DNA of 64,000 bases, taken from the NCBI RefSeq assembly GCF_011386835.1, contig NC_088797.1, positions 40,486,001 through 40,550,000 on the forward strand, written 5' to 3'. The position numbers and the translations under genes are program-made. The stretch is from Chrysemys picta bellii (lineage: Eukaryota). Positions 1 to 10,147 of this stretch are shown piece after piece. The notes below the pieces were generated by a model. The model did not search any database and was not told where the DNA came from. It worked only from the letters and a program-made list of their open reading frames with translations. How positions within the stretch are numbered: position 1 is the stretch's first letter; every line of letters starts with the position of its first letter.

Positions 1-342
1 TGTGCATCATTATAAGCAATAAAAAGCAATGCTGTTTAGAGTTGCTGTGATTTTTAGTTTTCATTATTCAGTGCAATTCATTTAGATTGAATTTCAAAGC
101 ACTGATGGCCCTGGGATCATCCAGATAAAACCCCTAGTGTGTCTTCTCCAAACCAAGCCCGTCTGCAATGGCAGCGTGGTGTCTAAACATCTCTCTGGAT
201 ATCAATTGGCACTTTGAAAAATAAATTATTTTAATCCTATGCAGTCAAATCTCGATTAAATCCTCTCCATTAAATTAATTTAAAATGCCTGACATTTTAT
301 TTTAAAAATTGCATTTTAAAATATGACCTGTTTAACTACCCA

Positions 343-344
<2 letters not shown>

Positions 345-399
<55 letters not shown>
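345..399. repeat. (GT)n microsatellite, about 27 units
   Basis: Perfect dinucleotide run, seen directly. Confidence 0.99.
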
Positions 400-401
<2 letters not shown>

Positions 402-1049
402 AGGTGGGGGGAACACACCACACATGAACTATGCATTCTCTCTGCCCCATCTAAAAAGTGTCTTATTTAGATACTTCTATGGAACCCATTATCATAATAT
501 CTGAGAACCAGATTTTAAAGGTTTTTAGGCACCTAACTCTGGCTGATTTCATTGGACATTAGTGGCAAATTTTAAAAAGTATTTAAGTGTCTGAGTGCCC
601 AACAATCTTTAATGTATTTACCCCTGTGAAGAGTAGGTTACTCACCCTGTGCAGTAACTGACGTTCTTTGAGATGAGTGTCCCTGTGGGTGCTCCACTGC
701 AGGTGTTGGTGCGCCCCTGCGCCTTCGCTCGGAGATTTTTACAGCAGTATTTGTACCGGTCGCGCATGCGCAGAGCCTGCCCTCGCCCCCGCTCTGAGTG
801 TACCTTAATAGTACACGTGCACGACCGGTCTCCTCAGTTCCTTCTCTACAAAGGAGGCTACTCCAACTCTGAAGTAGAGGAGGGTGAGGAGTGGAGCACC
901 CACAGGGACACTCATCTCAAAGAACGTCAGTTACTGCACAGGTGAGTAACCTCCTCTTCTTCTTTGAGAGGTGTCCCTGTGGGTGCTCCACTCCAGGTGA
1001 CTTGAGAGACACTGCTTTTAAGGAGGTAGGGACTTCAGATTTGGTAAGA

Positions 1050-2300
1050 ATGCGGTAGATAATACAGCTCTGCCTAATCGTGTATCAGAGAGAGAGGGCC
1101 TTGAGTAAGGGTGTAATGCTTAATAAATGTGTGTTCAGAAGACCAAGTGGCCGCTTTGTAGATATCAGCCAGAGGAACTTTGCGTAGAAAAGCCACGGAG
1201 GTAGCCACAGATCTATTGGAGTGAGTTATGATGCCGGCAGGAGGCGTAACTTTCTTTATCTGGTAGCACAGTCAGATACACTCAGAAATCCAGTTTGAAA
1301 ATCTCTGGGTAGAAATAGGTGTCCCCCTGGAGTGCTCCGCAATGGAGACAAAGAGTCTGGAAGAGTTCCCAAAGGGTTTGGTTTCATCCAGATTGAATGA
1401 CAAAGCCCTGTGTACATCTAATGTATGCACTGTGGAGTCAAAAGAATTTGCACATGGTTTAGGAAAGAAGGTTGATAGGTGTATCGGCTCGTTGATGTGG
1501 AATGACGAATGCACAGTAGGGGACAGGTTGCGGAAGCTTGGCGAGGAGCTAAGTGGCGGACCAAGTATGTGACTGAATGTGAGCGGAAGCAGTTGAAGGC
1601 CGTGCAATGAACTTTGTTCGGCAGATCCTGCCAAAATGTAGTTTAGTATAGTTCAGCATGTTTTTGTCTGTAAACAAGTTAGCTTATATAACGAGTACGA
1701 TTTATGAATGCAATGAATGTAGCCAGCTGTTGACCCCATGTAACCTGGAGATAAGCGCGGGGGGATATAGCATTGCAGCGGACTCCCTTCAGTGAAGTCC
1801 TGCCTGGCCAGCTGTCCCGGACGGTCAGAGTTCCCCCGCAGCCCCTCCGCACATCTCAAGAGGCTCCCCGCGCCGCTTGGAGTGTAAGTTCTTCCCTCAG
1901 TAAAGCCTTGCTTTTTACTCTCAGGCACCGAGTGTCATTCTTTTGCCGGTATTACAGCCCCCCTTGTTGGCACAGCACCTTTGGAAGAAACTTGGGATGT
2001 AGTCAGAAGGTAACCTTGTCCTTGAAAAATAGTGTATAAGGTGGGTCTGCCATGAGAGCTGCTATTTCTCCTGCCCGTCTGGTGGAGGTGATTGTACTAA
2101 GAATGCTGTTTTCATAGAAAGGTGTAAGAAGGAGCAAGTGGCTAGGGGCTCGAATGGTTGTTGAGTTAAGCATGATAATACTAAGTGAAGGTCCCCCGGA
2201 GGGGTAGGAGGTTTAATGTCCAGGTATAGGGATTGTAGCCCTTTAAGAAAACACTTGGTGATTGGCTGAGCAAAAACAGAGGTATCGTCAATCTTGTCAT
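1050..2300 (-). pseudogene. DIRS tyrosine recombinase remnant
   Basis: ITSTRRAGEIAAL (frameshift just upstream), HSNRSVATS and ATWSSEHTFIKHY, the R..H-x-x-R..W..Y catalytic pattern. Confidence 0.88.
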
Positions 2301-2639
2301 GAAAAGTTGTAATAGCAGCTAAGTGGACTTTGATGGAGCTGAAAGAAAGGCCCGATTCCTTGAGGTCTAAAAGGTAGTTGAGTATGAGCCAAAGAGGTGA
2401 AGAAGTAGGAGGATGTTGTTTACTTGAGCACCATTGTGTGAATCACTTCCACTTGCAGAGATAAGTGATTCGAGTAGATTGTGTTCTGCTATGTAGGAGC
2501 ATGCTTTGAACCTGCTCAGAGCATGCTAGTTTGTTTTGGGAGAACCATGTAGGAACCAAGCTTTGAGATGAAGCATGGACAGGTTGGGATGAAGAAATCG
2601 GCCATGTTGCTGTGATAGGAGGTTTAGAGTGAGGGGCAA

Positions 2640-2960
2640 CGAAATTGGTGGGTGAAGTGACATTCTGGTGAGGAACGGAAACCACGGTTGTCTGAGTCAC
2701 GACGGGGCAATCAGAATTACTGTGGCATGATGTGTTCATATCTTTGTCAGAACTCTGTGGAGGACAGGTATTGGGGGAAATACATATAGCAGGTCCTGGT
2801 CCCATGAGATCATGAATGCGGATCCCAGGGAATGTTTGCCCAGTCCTGCTCTGGAGCAAAATTTGGGACATTTCATGTTTTTCACTGTTGCGAAAAGATC
2901 TATGGTTGGCTATCCCAAAATGCAAAATATGTTGCGGATGATTGTGTTGTTTATCTCCCA
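2640..2960 (-). pseudogene. DIRS Dam-like methyltransferase domain remnant
   Basis: Hand translation IDLFATVKNMKCPKFCSR...LLYVFPPIPVLHRVL...ILIAPS*LRQPWF, with a stop where W is expected. Confidence 0.8.
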
Positions 2961-3550
2961 TTCATGATCCCAGGGAAATCATCTGCTTAATTTGTCTGCT
3001 GTGGTATTCATAGCTCTGGGAAGATAGGCGGCTGATGTTGTTCGCAAGGCTCCAATTCCAGAGCTTTATAGCCTCTGTGCAAAGTGAATGAGAGCGAGCT
3101 CCTCCCTACCTGTTCAGATAGAACATGAGGGCGATGTTGTCTGTCATTATCCGTACATGTTGGTTCCAGATCAATGGGAGGAAGTGACGGCAGGCACTGC
3201 ATATGGCTCAAAGTTCTAGGACATTTATGTGTAGGGAAGTTTTGGTTGAAGACCATAGCTCCTGAGCTGTGTGGTGAGATATGCATGCACCCGACCCTGT
3301 GAGGGATGCATCGGTAATCATTATGAGGGATGGAGCATCCTGTAGCAAGGGAACTTCAGAGCAGAGGTTGGAGGGAACTGTCTACCATAGGAGAGAGTCT
3401 TTGACTCTGAAGGGTATGGATAGATGCTTGTTTAGAGCGTGTACATTTGGTCTGTAAACCGTGGCCAACCAAGCTCAGAAGCACCTCATGTTGTGCATTT
3501 TTGACCACGAAAGTGCATGAGGCCATGTGACCCAATAGATGTAGACCGTC

Positions 3551-4057
3551 TCAAGCAGTGACCTGAGGACTATTGCGAAGTTTCATGGCCAGTAGTTTTA
3601 TGGTGTTGAAGCGGTCGGGAGGGAGAGATGCTAATCCCGTCCAGGAATCAAGGTGAGCTCCTATGAACTCCAGGTGCTGAGTAGGAGCTAACCTGGATTT
3701 GTTTTTGTTTATTTGTAGGCTGAGGGATAGGAAGCAAGCGACGGTGAGTTGCGTGAATCGAAGCACTTCGTTGAGCATTGTGACTTTGAGGAAACAATCA
3801 TCGAGGTAAGGAAATATTATGACCCCTTGTCTTGTGAGGTAGCCAGTGACTATGACTAGGAGCTTGGAAAAAACTCGGGGGGCGGTGGATAGGCTGAAGG
3901 GTAGCACCCTGTATTGAAAATGTATCGAGCCGAGGGTAAAATGAAGGAAATGTCTGCGGGCTGGATGTATAGTCACATGAAAATAGGCGTCCTGTAGGTC
4001 AAGGGTTGAAAACCAATCCAGCTCCAGCTCTGGGATTATGGTGGTGAGGGTAACCAT
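3551..4057 (-). pseudogene. DIRS reverse transcriptase remnant
   Basis: LDLQDAYFHV...YRVLPFSLSTAPRVFSK...FPYLDD motifs in the ORF track. Confidence 0.93.
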
Positions 4058-6448
4058 TTTGAACTTTTGCTTTTTGATGAATTTGTTGAGATGCCTGAGG
4101 TCGAGAATTGGTTGCCATCCCCATTTTCTTTTCTGTTAAAACATAATGGGAGTAGAAATCTTTTCTTCTGTGTTGTTCGGGCACAAGTTCCACTGCTCCT
4201 AGTAGAAGGTGTTGTACTTCTTGGAGGAGCAGTTACTCGTGAGAGGAGTCCCTGAAGAGGTACGGGGAGGGTGGGTGGGTGGGAGGCAAGGATATGAAAG
4301 GGATGGAATAGCCAATTGTGATGACCTCTATAACCCACTTGTCAGTGGTAATGTTTTGCCATTGGTGGTAGAATGGCCATAGGCGGGGTGTCCAAAAATA
4401 GGGACATGGGGTGTAAGTGCTGAAGTGGGAATGTTGTTTTCTATACCCTCGACCAAGGCTTCAAACCTGCTTATTAGTCGGAGCGGGTTGAGATGCTGCC
4501 AAAGAATTGGGGCAGCGATGCTGGTATCTGGGTCTCTGGAGTTGCTGCTGCTGTTGTTGCTCAGGTGACCTATGGAATTGCTGGGTGTATGCAGGGTACC
4601 GTGGGTGCTGGTAAGGTTGATATCTATATTGTCACCTTCTGGTCATAGGTGTTTGAATTCCCAGGGATCAGAGAGTTGCCCTTGAGTTCTTCATTGAGAG
4701 AAGTATGTCGTTCATCGTGGAGGCAAAGAGTTTGTTGCCATCGAAGGGAAGATCTTCAATGGTACTCTGGGCCTCTCGAGGAGAGGAGGAGGAGGAGAGC
4801 CATGAACCTTGGCACATGACAACTGCTGTAGCAGTAGATTTTGCTGCAGTATTGGCTGCATCGAGGGATGCTTGAAGAGTGGTATGTGAGATGATTTGTC
4901 CCTCGGAAACTAGAGCCGTAAATTGTTGTTTCTTTTCTTCCAGAATTTCATCAATAAAGTCCATGAATTTGTTATAATTTTTGTGGTCCTATTTTGCCAG
5001 AACAGCAGTATAATTAGCAATGCAAAATTGTAACGTAGAAGATGCGTATACTTTGCGTCCGAGCAGATCTAATCGCTTACTGTCCTTATCAGATGGGGTG
5101 GATGGGGAAACTGGTGCTTGGTCTTTTGGTTGACTGCATCTACTACCAACGAGTTTGGCGCAGGATGTGTAAAAAGGAATTCACAGCCCTTGGAAGGGAT
5201 GAAGTACTTGCGGTCTGCTCGCTTACAAGTTGGTAGGCTTGCAGCGGGAGTCTGCCAGATGGCCTTAACAGGTTCCAAAAGGATTGCGCTGATCGGTAAT
5301 TCAATCCTAGAGGAAGAAGAGGGTTGCAGGATGTCCGTTAACTCATGCTGCTGTTCAGGAACCTCCTCCAAGCTAATTCTTAATTCACTTGCAACTCTTT
5401 TTTGAAAAGATCTTGAAATTTTGAGAAGTCGTCTGAAGATGACTGGGGAGGAAGCAGTAGAGCTTCATCAGGGATAACAAGTGGGTCTACTGGGTTGGAG
5501 GCAGGTCGTGACTGATCCTGCAGTTGTGATGGTGCTGCCTGGACCCTTACGTCAGTGGCAGGTTCGTCAGCGGCAGTGGCGGGCAGGTGTCATGCCTGGC
5601 TGTGGCGATATAGCGAGTGTTGTCTCGAGGATAAGATGCCCATGGAGCCCAATATTGCCACTGTCGTGGGAAGGGCATGGGTGGTGCCATCCAAGGGTTC
5701 ATGCACCACGGGGCAGGTTCCTGAGAGTATGACGAGGTGATTTTTCTATGAACTCTATTGATTGGGATCTGAGGGTGGGAGATTTGATATGGTGAAAACT
5801 CCCCCTGCAGACCAGCTTCCTCATCAGTGGAGGAAGGCTGTCTGGATCCTGACTGAGCATTTGGGAGAGAAATAGGCATTAAGTAGGGGTGACTGCAGGA
5901 TAGGTGACACCAGCAGGTCCCTCAGCTGTGTAAATTGAGGTGCTGGAGTTGAGTGCTGTGCAAGAGAAATCTGCTGTGAAGAAAGGTTCCTCTGCACTGG
6001 TGTCCTGAGCATTGTTTCATTGCCAGTCAGTTCAGTGGGAGACGGTGCTGGGAGAGCAAGAATAACCTGAGGTGGGTCAGATATGTCGACATGTGTCAGC
6101 ACCACTTCCATCACGGTGCCGAATGGTGCTATGAGAGAGGCAGGCAACTGGAAGCCTGAAGCCTCGGCACCAGAGCTTCGCATTACCGCCGCAGCCATAG
6201 GTGGGTTTCGCACAGCACCGGAGGAGCTCCGCGTTTCAAAAGTGCTCAGTCAGGGAAGTGCCGGGAGGGAGGCTGTAGACCTGCCCGGAAAAGTCTTGTC
6301 CCACAAAGAACTCTTTGCCGGTGAGAGAGGGTGCCCTTTTTCTGAAGCCTTTTTGTCTTTCTTTGAGGTGGGGGTGTCACAACCCAATGCCCCCCTCCCA
6401 TTAGGAAGTCCCCTGGGAAGATAGATCAGCACTGTATATTGCTAACAC

Positions 6449-6864
6449 TGTTGCAAGAATCACAAAGCATTTTGCGGAGGGTTAAAGGTGTGTGAATGGA
6501 GAGTGGAAGATTCTTTTGCAGGAGTACGAGAGGCTGGGGGGGATGGGGAGAGAAAGAAGAAAGCAGAGAACAGTTAACTCAACCCTGCAGCTAGCAAGCT
6601 CAGTCCGAAGATAAGAAGCTGACTCCAGCCCAAGGCCACTGCTACCTGCCAAGACAGAAGGGGGGAAGTCGCTTTCTTTCTTTCTTAACGCTTTCTTTCT
6701 TCCCCTGAGTGACGTGGGGTCATTCCCAGCACTCTCTGCTGTTATTTTATTATTTTATCAATAAAGCTTTCAAATTTAAACAGTTGGTGTTCCTCGTCAT
6801 CTCCTCCCCAAAAGATCCTGTGGCCCCAACCTGATCAATTGTGGCCTCAGGCAGATTGGTAACA
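6449..6864 (+). mobile_element. Probable solo LTR inserted in the DIRS gag region
   Basis: TGTTGC...GTAACA termini and an internal AATAAA near 6760; interrupts the gag-like reading. No clean TSD found. Confidence 0.6.
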
Positions 6865-7492
6865 AAAATCTGTCACAGGGGGGCTGTGGTGTGTAGTTGA
6901 GTTGGGACCTGGGTCTGAAGCTGGCCCTAGAGATTTCTGAAGGAGGCGCAGTTTTAATCTCAGCTCCCTGTCCTTACATTCCCTGGATTGAAGTTTGCTG
7001 CAGTGAGCACATTTTGGGGGGATGTGGGACTCCCCCAAACATTTTATACATTTGGAATGGCCATCCGAAAGAGGGATGGCATCATTGCAATTAGAGGAGT
7101 GCTTAAAGCCTGGGGAGCCAGGCATGTCAGAAGCGGCTGCCGCTGACAAGAACAAAGTTTTTTTGTAGTTTTAGTGAGAAAAGACAGGAAAACATTATCT
7201 AATTACTACTGGTAACAAACTAACTAACAGGGAAGGTATATGAATAAAGGAAGAAAAAAGTCTCTAACGAGTCTGCTGAGCGCCGTCTCAGACCAGGGAC
7301 GGTAGAAAAGGAACTGAGGAGACCGGTCGCGCATGCGTACTAGTAAGGTACACTCAGAGCGGGGGGGGAGGGGGGAAGGTACTGCGCATGCGTGACTGGT
7401 ACGAGTACTGCTGTAAAAATCTCAGAGCGAAGGCGCAGGGACGCACCAACATCTGCAGTGGAGCACCCACAGGGACACCACTTGAAGAAGAA

Positions 7493-7690
7493 CTAGGGAT
7501 TTACTGCTATCCCCATTTTGCAGATGTGGAACTGAGGTACAGAGAAACTAAACCCTGGATCCTTGAAGGTATTTAAGACCCTAAGTGACTTGACCAAAAT
7601 CGCAGAGGCATTCTGTGGTGGAACAGGGACATAAGCCCTAGTCTCCCAAGTGATATACTAGTGTCCTAACCACTGGACCATCCTTCCACT
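7493..7690 (-). mobile_element. MIR-type CORE-SINE, 5' portion; the remainder lies left of the DIRS at about 585-630
   Basis: tatccccattttgcagatgtggaactgaggtacagaga...taagtgacttgaccaa...cctaaccactggaccatccttcc, the reverse-complement MIR core. Confidence 0.75.
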
Positions 7691-7712
7691 CAAAGTATCT
7701 ATATCTACCAAA

Positions 7713-8189
7713 AGTTGTGTCTACATTCACACGCCTTTCAGTGATGTGTAGAATACATACACTACACCTCCCCCAAGCATGGGTATAAATAGCAGTATAG
7801 TAGATGGGGAGGCACTGCCTAGGTGAGTAAAGACACACCTGAACCTTGTGGGTACACACCCTACACGGCTCTCTACTTACCCAAGCAGTGACTCCCCAGT
7901 CTATACTACTGTTTTTAGCTGTGTAGTGTCCCACAGCTACCTCCCTGCAGCAGGAGACTTTCCCTGTTGTGGGGACCTGCCAAAGCCTTTCCTCATTGAA
8001 AGGAAAGACTCTGGCAGGGGAAAGGCAGCAGAAAAAGGCTCCATCAGCTCCCAGATGCTTCCTCCCTGCCAGAGCCTTTCACTGACACATTACATGCCAC
8101 AGGGTGGACACAGCCTGTTTTTCACTGTGGCATGTGGATACACATACGCTATATGCCACCACAAGTGGTGTGTAGTGTAGACGTATCCT
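7713..8189. mobile_element. Non-autonomous DNA transposon with GTCTACA(C)T-type TIRs (Harbinger-like)
   Basis: ttgtgtctacat ... agtgtagacgtatcc inverted ends; family assignment inferred. Confidence 0.6.
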
Positions 8190-10147
8190 TGGTCATCACT
8201 GAAATACCACACCTTCTAACAAAATGCTCCAATGACATACAACTCTAAACTGAATGCTGGGGTTTTGCTGAATGTAGTTTTTTTTCTCCTGCAGAATAAA
8301 GAATCAGTCCCTGCAAAGTACATGTAAAACATGAAAATATCAGTATCAGCTGTATTATTTTTAAACTAATTTTTGCACAGAAGACCAGCAATACATACAT
8401 GAATTAAATCTTCACGAAAAAGATGTCAGCTACTGAAAGGCTCAAACTCATCCCCTTTAGGCTAACAAAGGCCTTTTCAACTCAAATCGAGAATAGAAAT
8501 TTCAACAAAGGGGGAAAACAGTTATTATTTTATAAAAATCAGTAAGTATTTTTAGTTAGTCACAAGTCTTCTGCCTTTATGTCTGAAGCAGGAAGAAATG
8601 TCATATCTTATTGCATTCTAGGATTAGTTTGCTGGGTTGATTCCCGCATAGCTTAGAAGAGCAAAAGTAAGCCAGACAGGACAGAACTGACAAACATACA
8701 ATGCAAATGCTTAGAGGATTAGTCACTCACATTCATGATTCATTTCATTCTAAGGAATGGAAGGAGTGAGAGCAGTAGAATGAGGACAGTGGACTTCAGA
8801 AAAGCAGACTTTAAGAAACTCAGAGAACTGGTAGGTAAGGGTCCCATACGAAGAAAAGGATAAAGGAGTTTAGGAGAGCCGGCAGTTTCTCAAGGAAATA
8901 ATATTAAAGGCAAAGCTGCAAACTAACCTAATGTGAATGAAAGATAGGAGGAATAGTACGAGGCCAATATGATTCCATCAGGAGCTCTTTAATGACCTGA
9001 AAATAAAAAAGGCATCCTACAGAAAATGGAAACATGGATGAATTGCTAAGGAGGAGTACAAAAAAATAGTACAACTATATAAGGACAAAAAGCAGAAAGG
9101 CTAAGGAAGAGCATGAGTTACACTAGCAAGGGACATAAAAGGCAACAAGAAGAGGTTCTTTAAATATATTAGAAGCAAGAGAAAGATGAAGGAAAGTGTA
9201 GGTCTGCTACTTCGCAGGGAAGGAGAGCTAATAATGGATGCTATCAAGACACCTGAGGTGTTTAATGATTATTTTGTTTCTGTCTTCTCTAAAAAGGTTA
9301 ATATAGATATTCAAAACAATTAGAAAGGGGGAAGGACACAAGCGAAAATAGGGAAAGAATATTTAAATAAGTCAGATGTATTCAAGTCAACAGGGCCTTA
9401 GGAAATCAACCTATGGTACTTAAGGAACTAACTGAAACAATTTCAGAATCATTAGCAATTATCTTTGAGAACTCACGAAGGACGGGTGAGGTCCCAGAGG
9501 ACTGGAGAAGGGTAAAGAGGGGAACAAAAAGGACCCAGGGATTTATAGACTGTTAAGCTTAACTTCAATACCTGGAAAGATACTGGAGCAAATTATTAAA
9601 CAAAAACATTGTAGATACCTTGAGGCTAAGAGGGTTATAAGCAATAGCCAGATGGATTTGTCAAGAACAGATCATGCCAAACAAATCTAATTGTCTTTGG
9701 CAGGGTTACTGGCCTAGTGAATGGGGGGAAAGCAGGAGACATGATATAGCTTGATTTTAGTAAGGCTTTTGCACAGTCCCATGTGACATTTACATGAGCA
9801 ACCTAGGGAAATGTGGTCCAGATGAAATTACTATAAGGTGAGTGTACTACTGGTTGAATACCATACTCAGCGTAGTTATCAATGGTTTTCTGTCATACTG
9901 GGAGGGTGTATCTAATGAGGACTCTTGGGGTCAGTCCTGGGTCTGGTACCATTCAATATTTTCATAATTTACTTGGAGTGGAATGGAGCGTATGCTTATA
10001 ACATTTCCAGATGACATAAAGCTTGGAGGGAGGAAGGGGCTTCAGGCACTTTGGAGGACAGAATTAGAATTCAAAATGACCTTGACAAATTAGAGAAATG
10101 GGTCTGAAATCAGCATGCTCAAATTCAGTAAAGAAAAGTGCAAAGTA

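Larger units (their letters stand above)
628..7492 (-). mobile_element. DIRS1-type tyrosine-recombinase retrotransposon, structurally complete, coding-decayed
   Basis: Inverted terminal repeats (about 662-846 vs 7308-7492) and an ICR at about 890-995. Motifs: gag Zn-finger MPGSPGFK...C..CLGESH, RT YLDD (3797-3808), RNase H, MT DLFAT/YVFPP, YR TRRAGE / HSNR (1212-1223) / KHY (1113-1118). Stops and frameshifts are present. Confidence 0.95.

Noticed and set aside
2443-2961. Horizontally acquired bacterial methyltransferase, or a novel 172-aa host ORF
   Set aside because: The MT motifs are in a different frame from the listed ORF and sit at the expected position inside the DIRS polyprotein.
5069-6432. 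Cluster of 60-130 aa ORFs as independent genes
   Set aside because: They are frameshifted pieces of the DIRS gag-like ORF, or antisense shadows of it.
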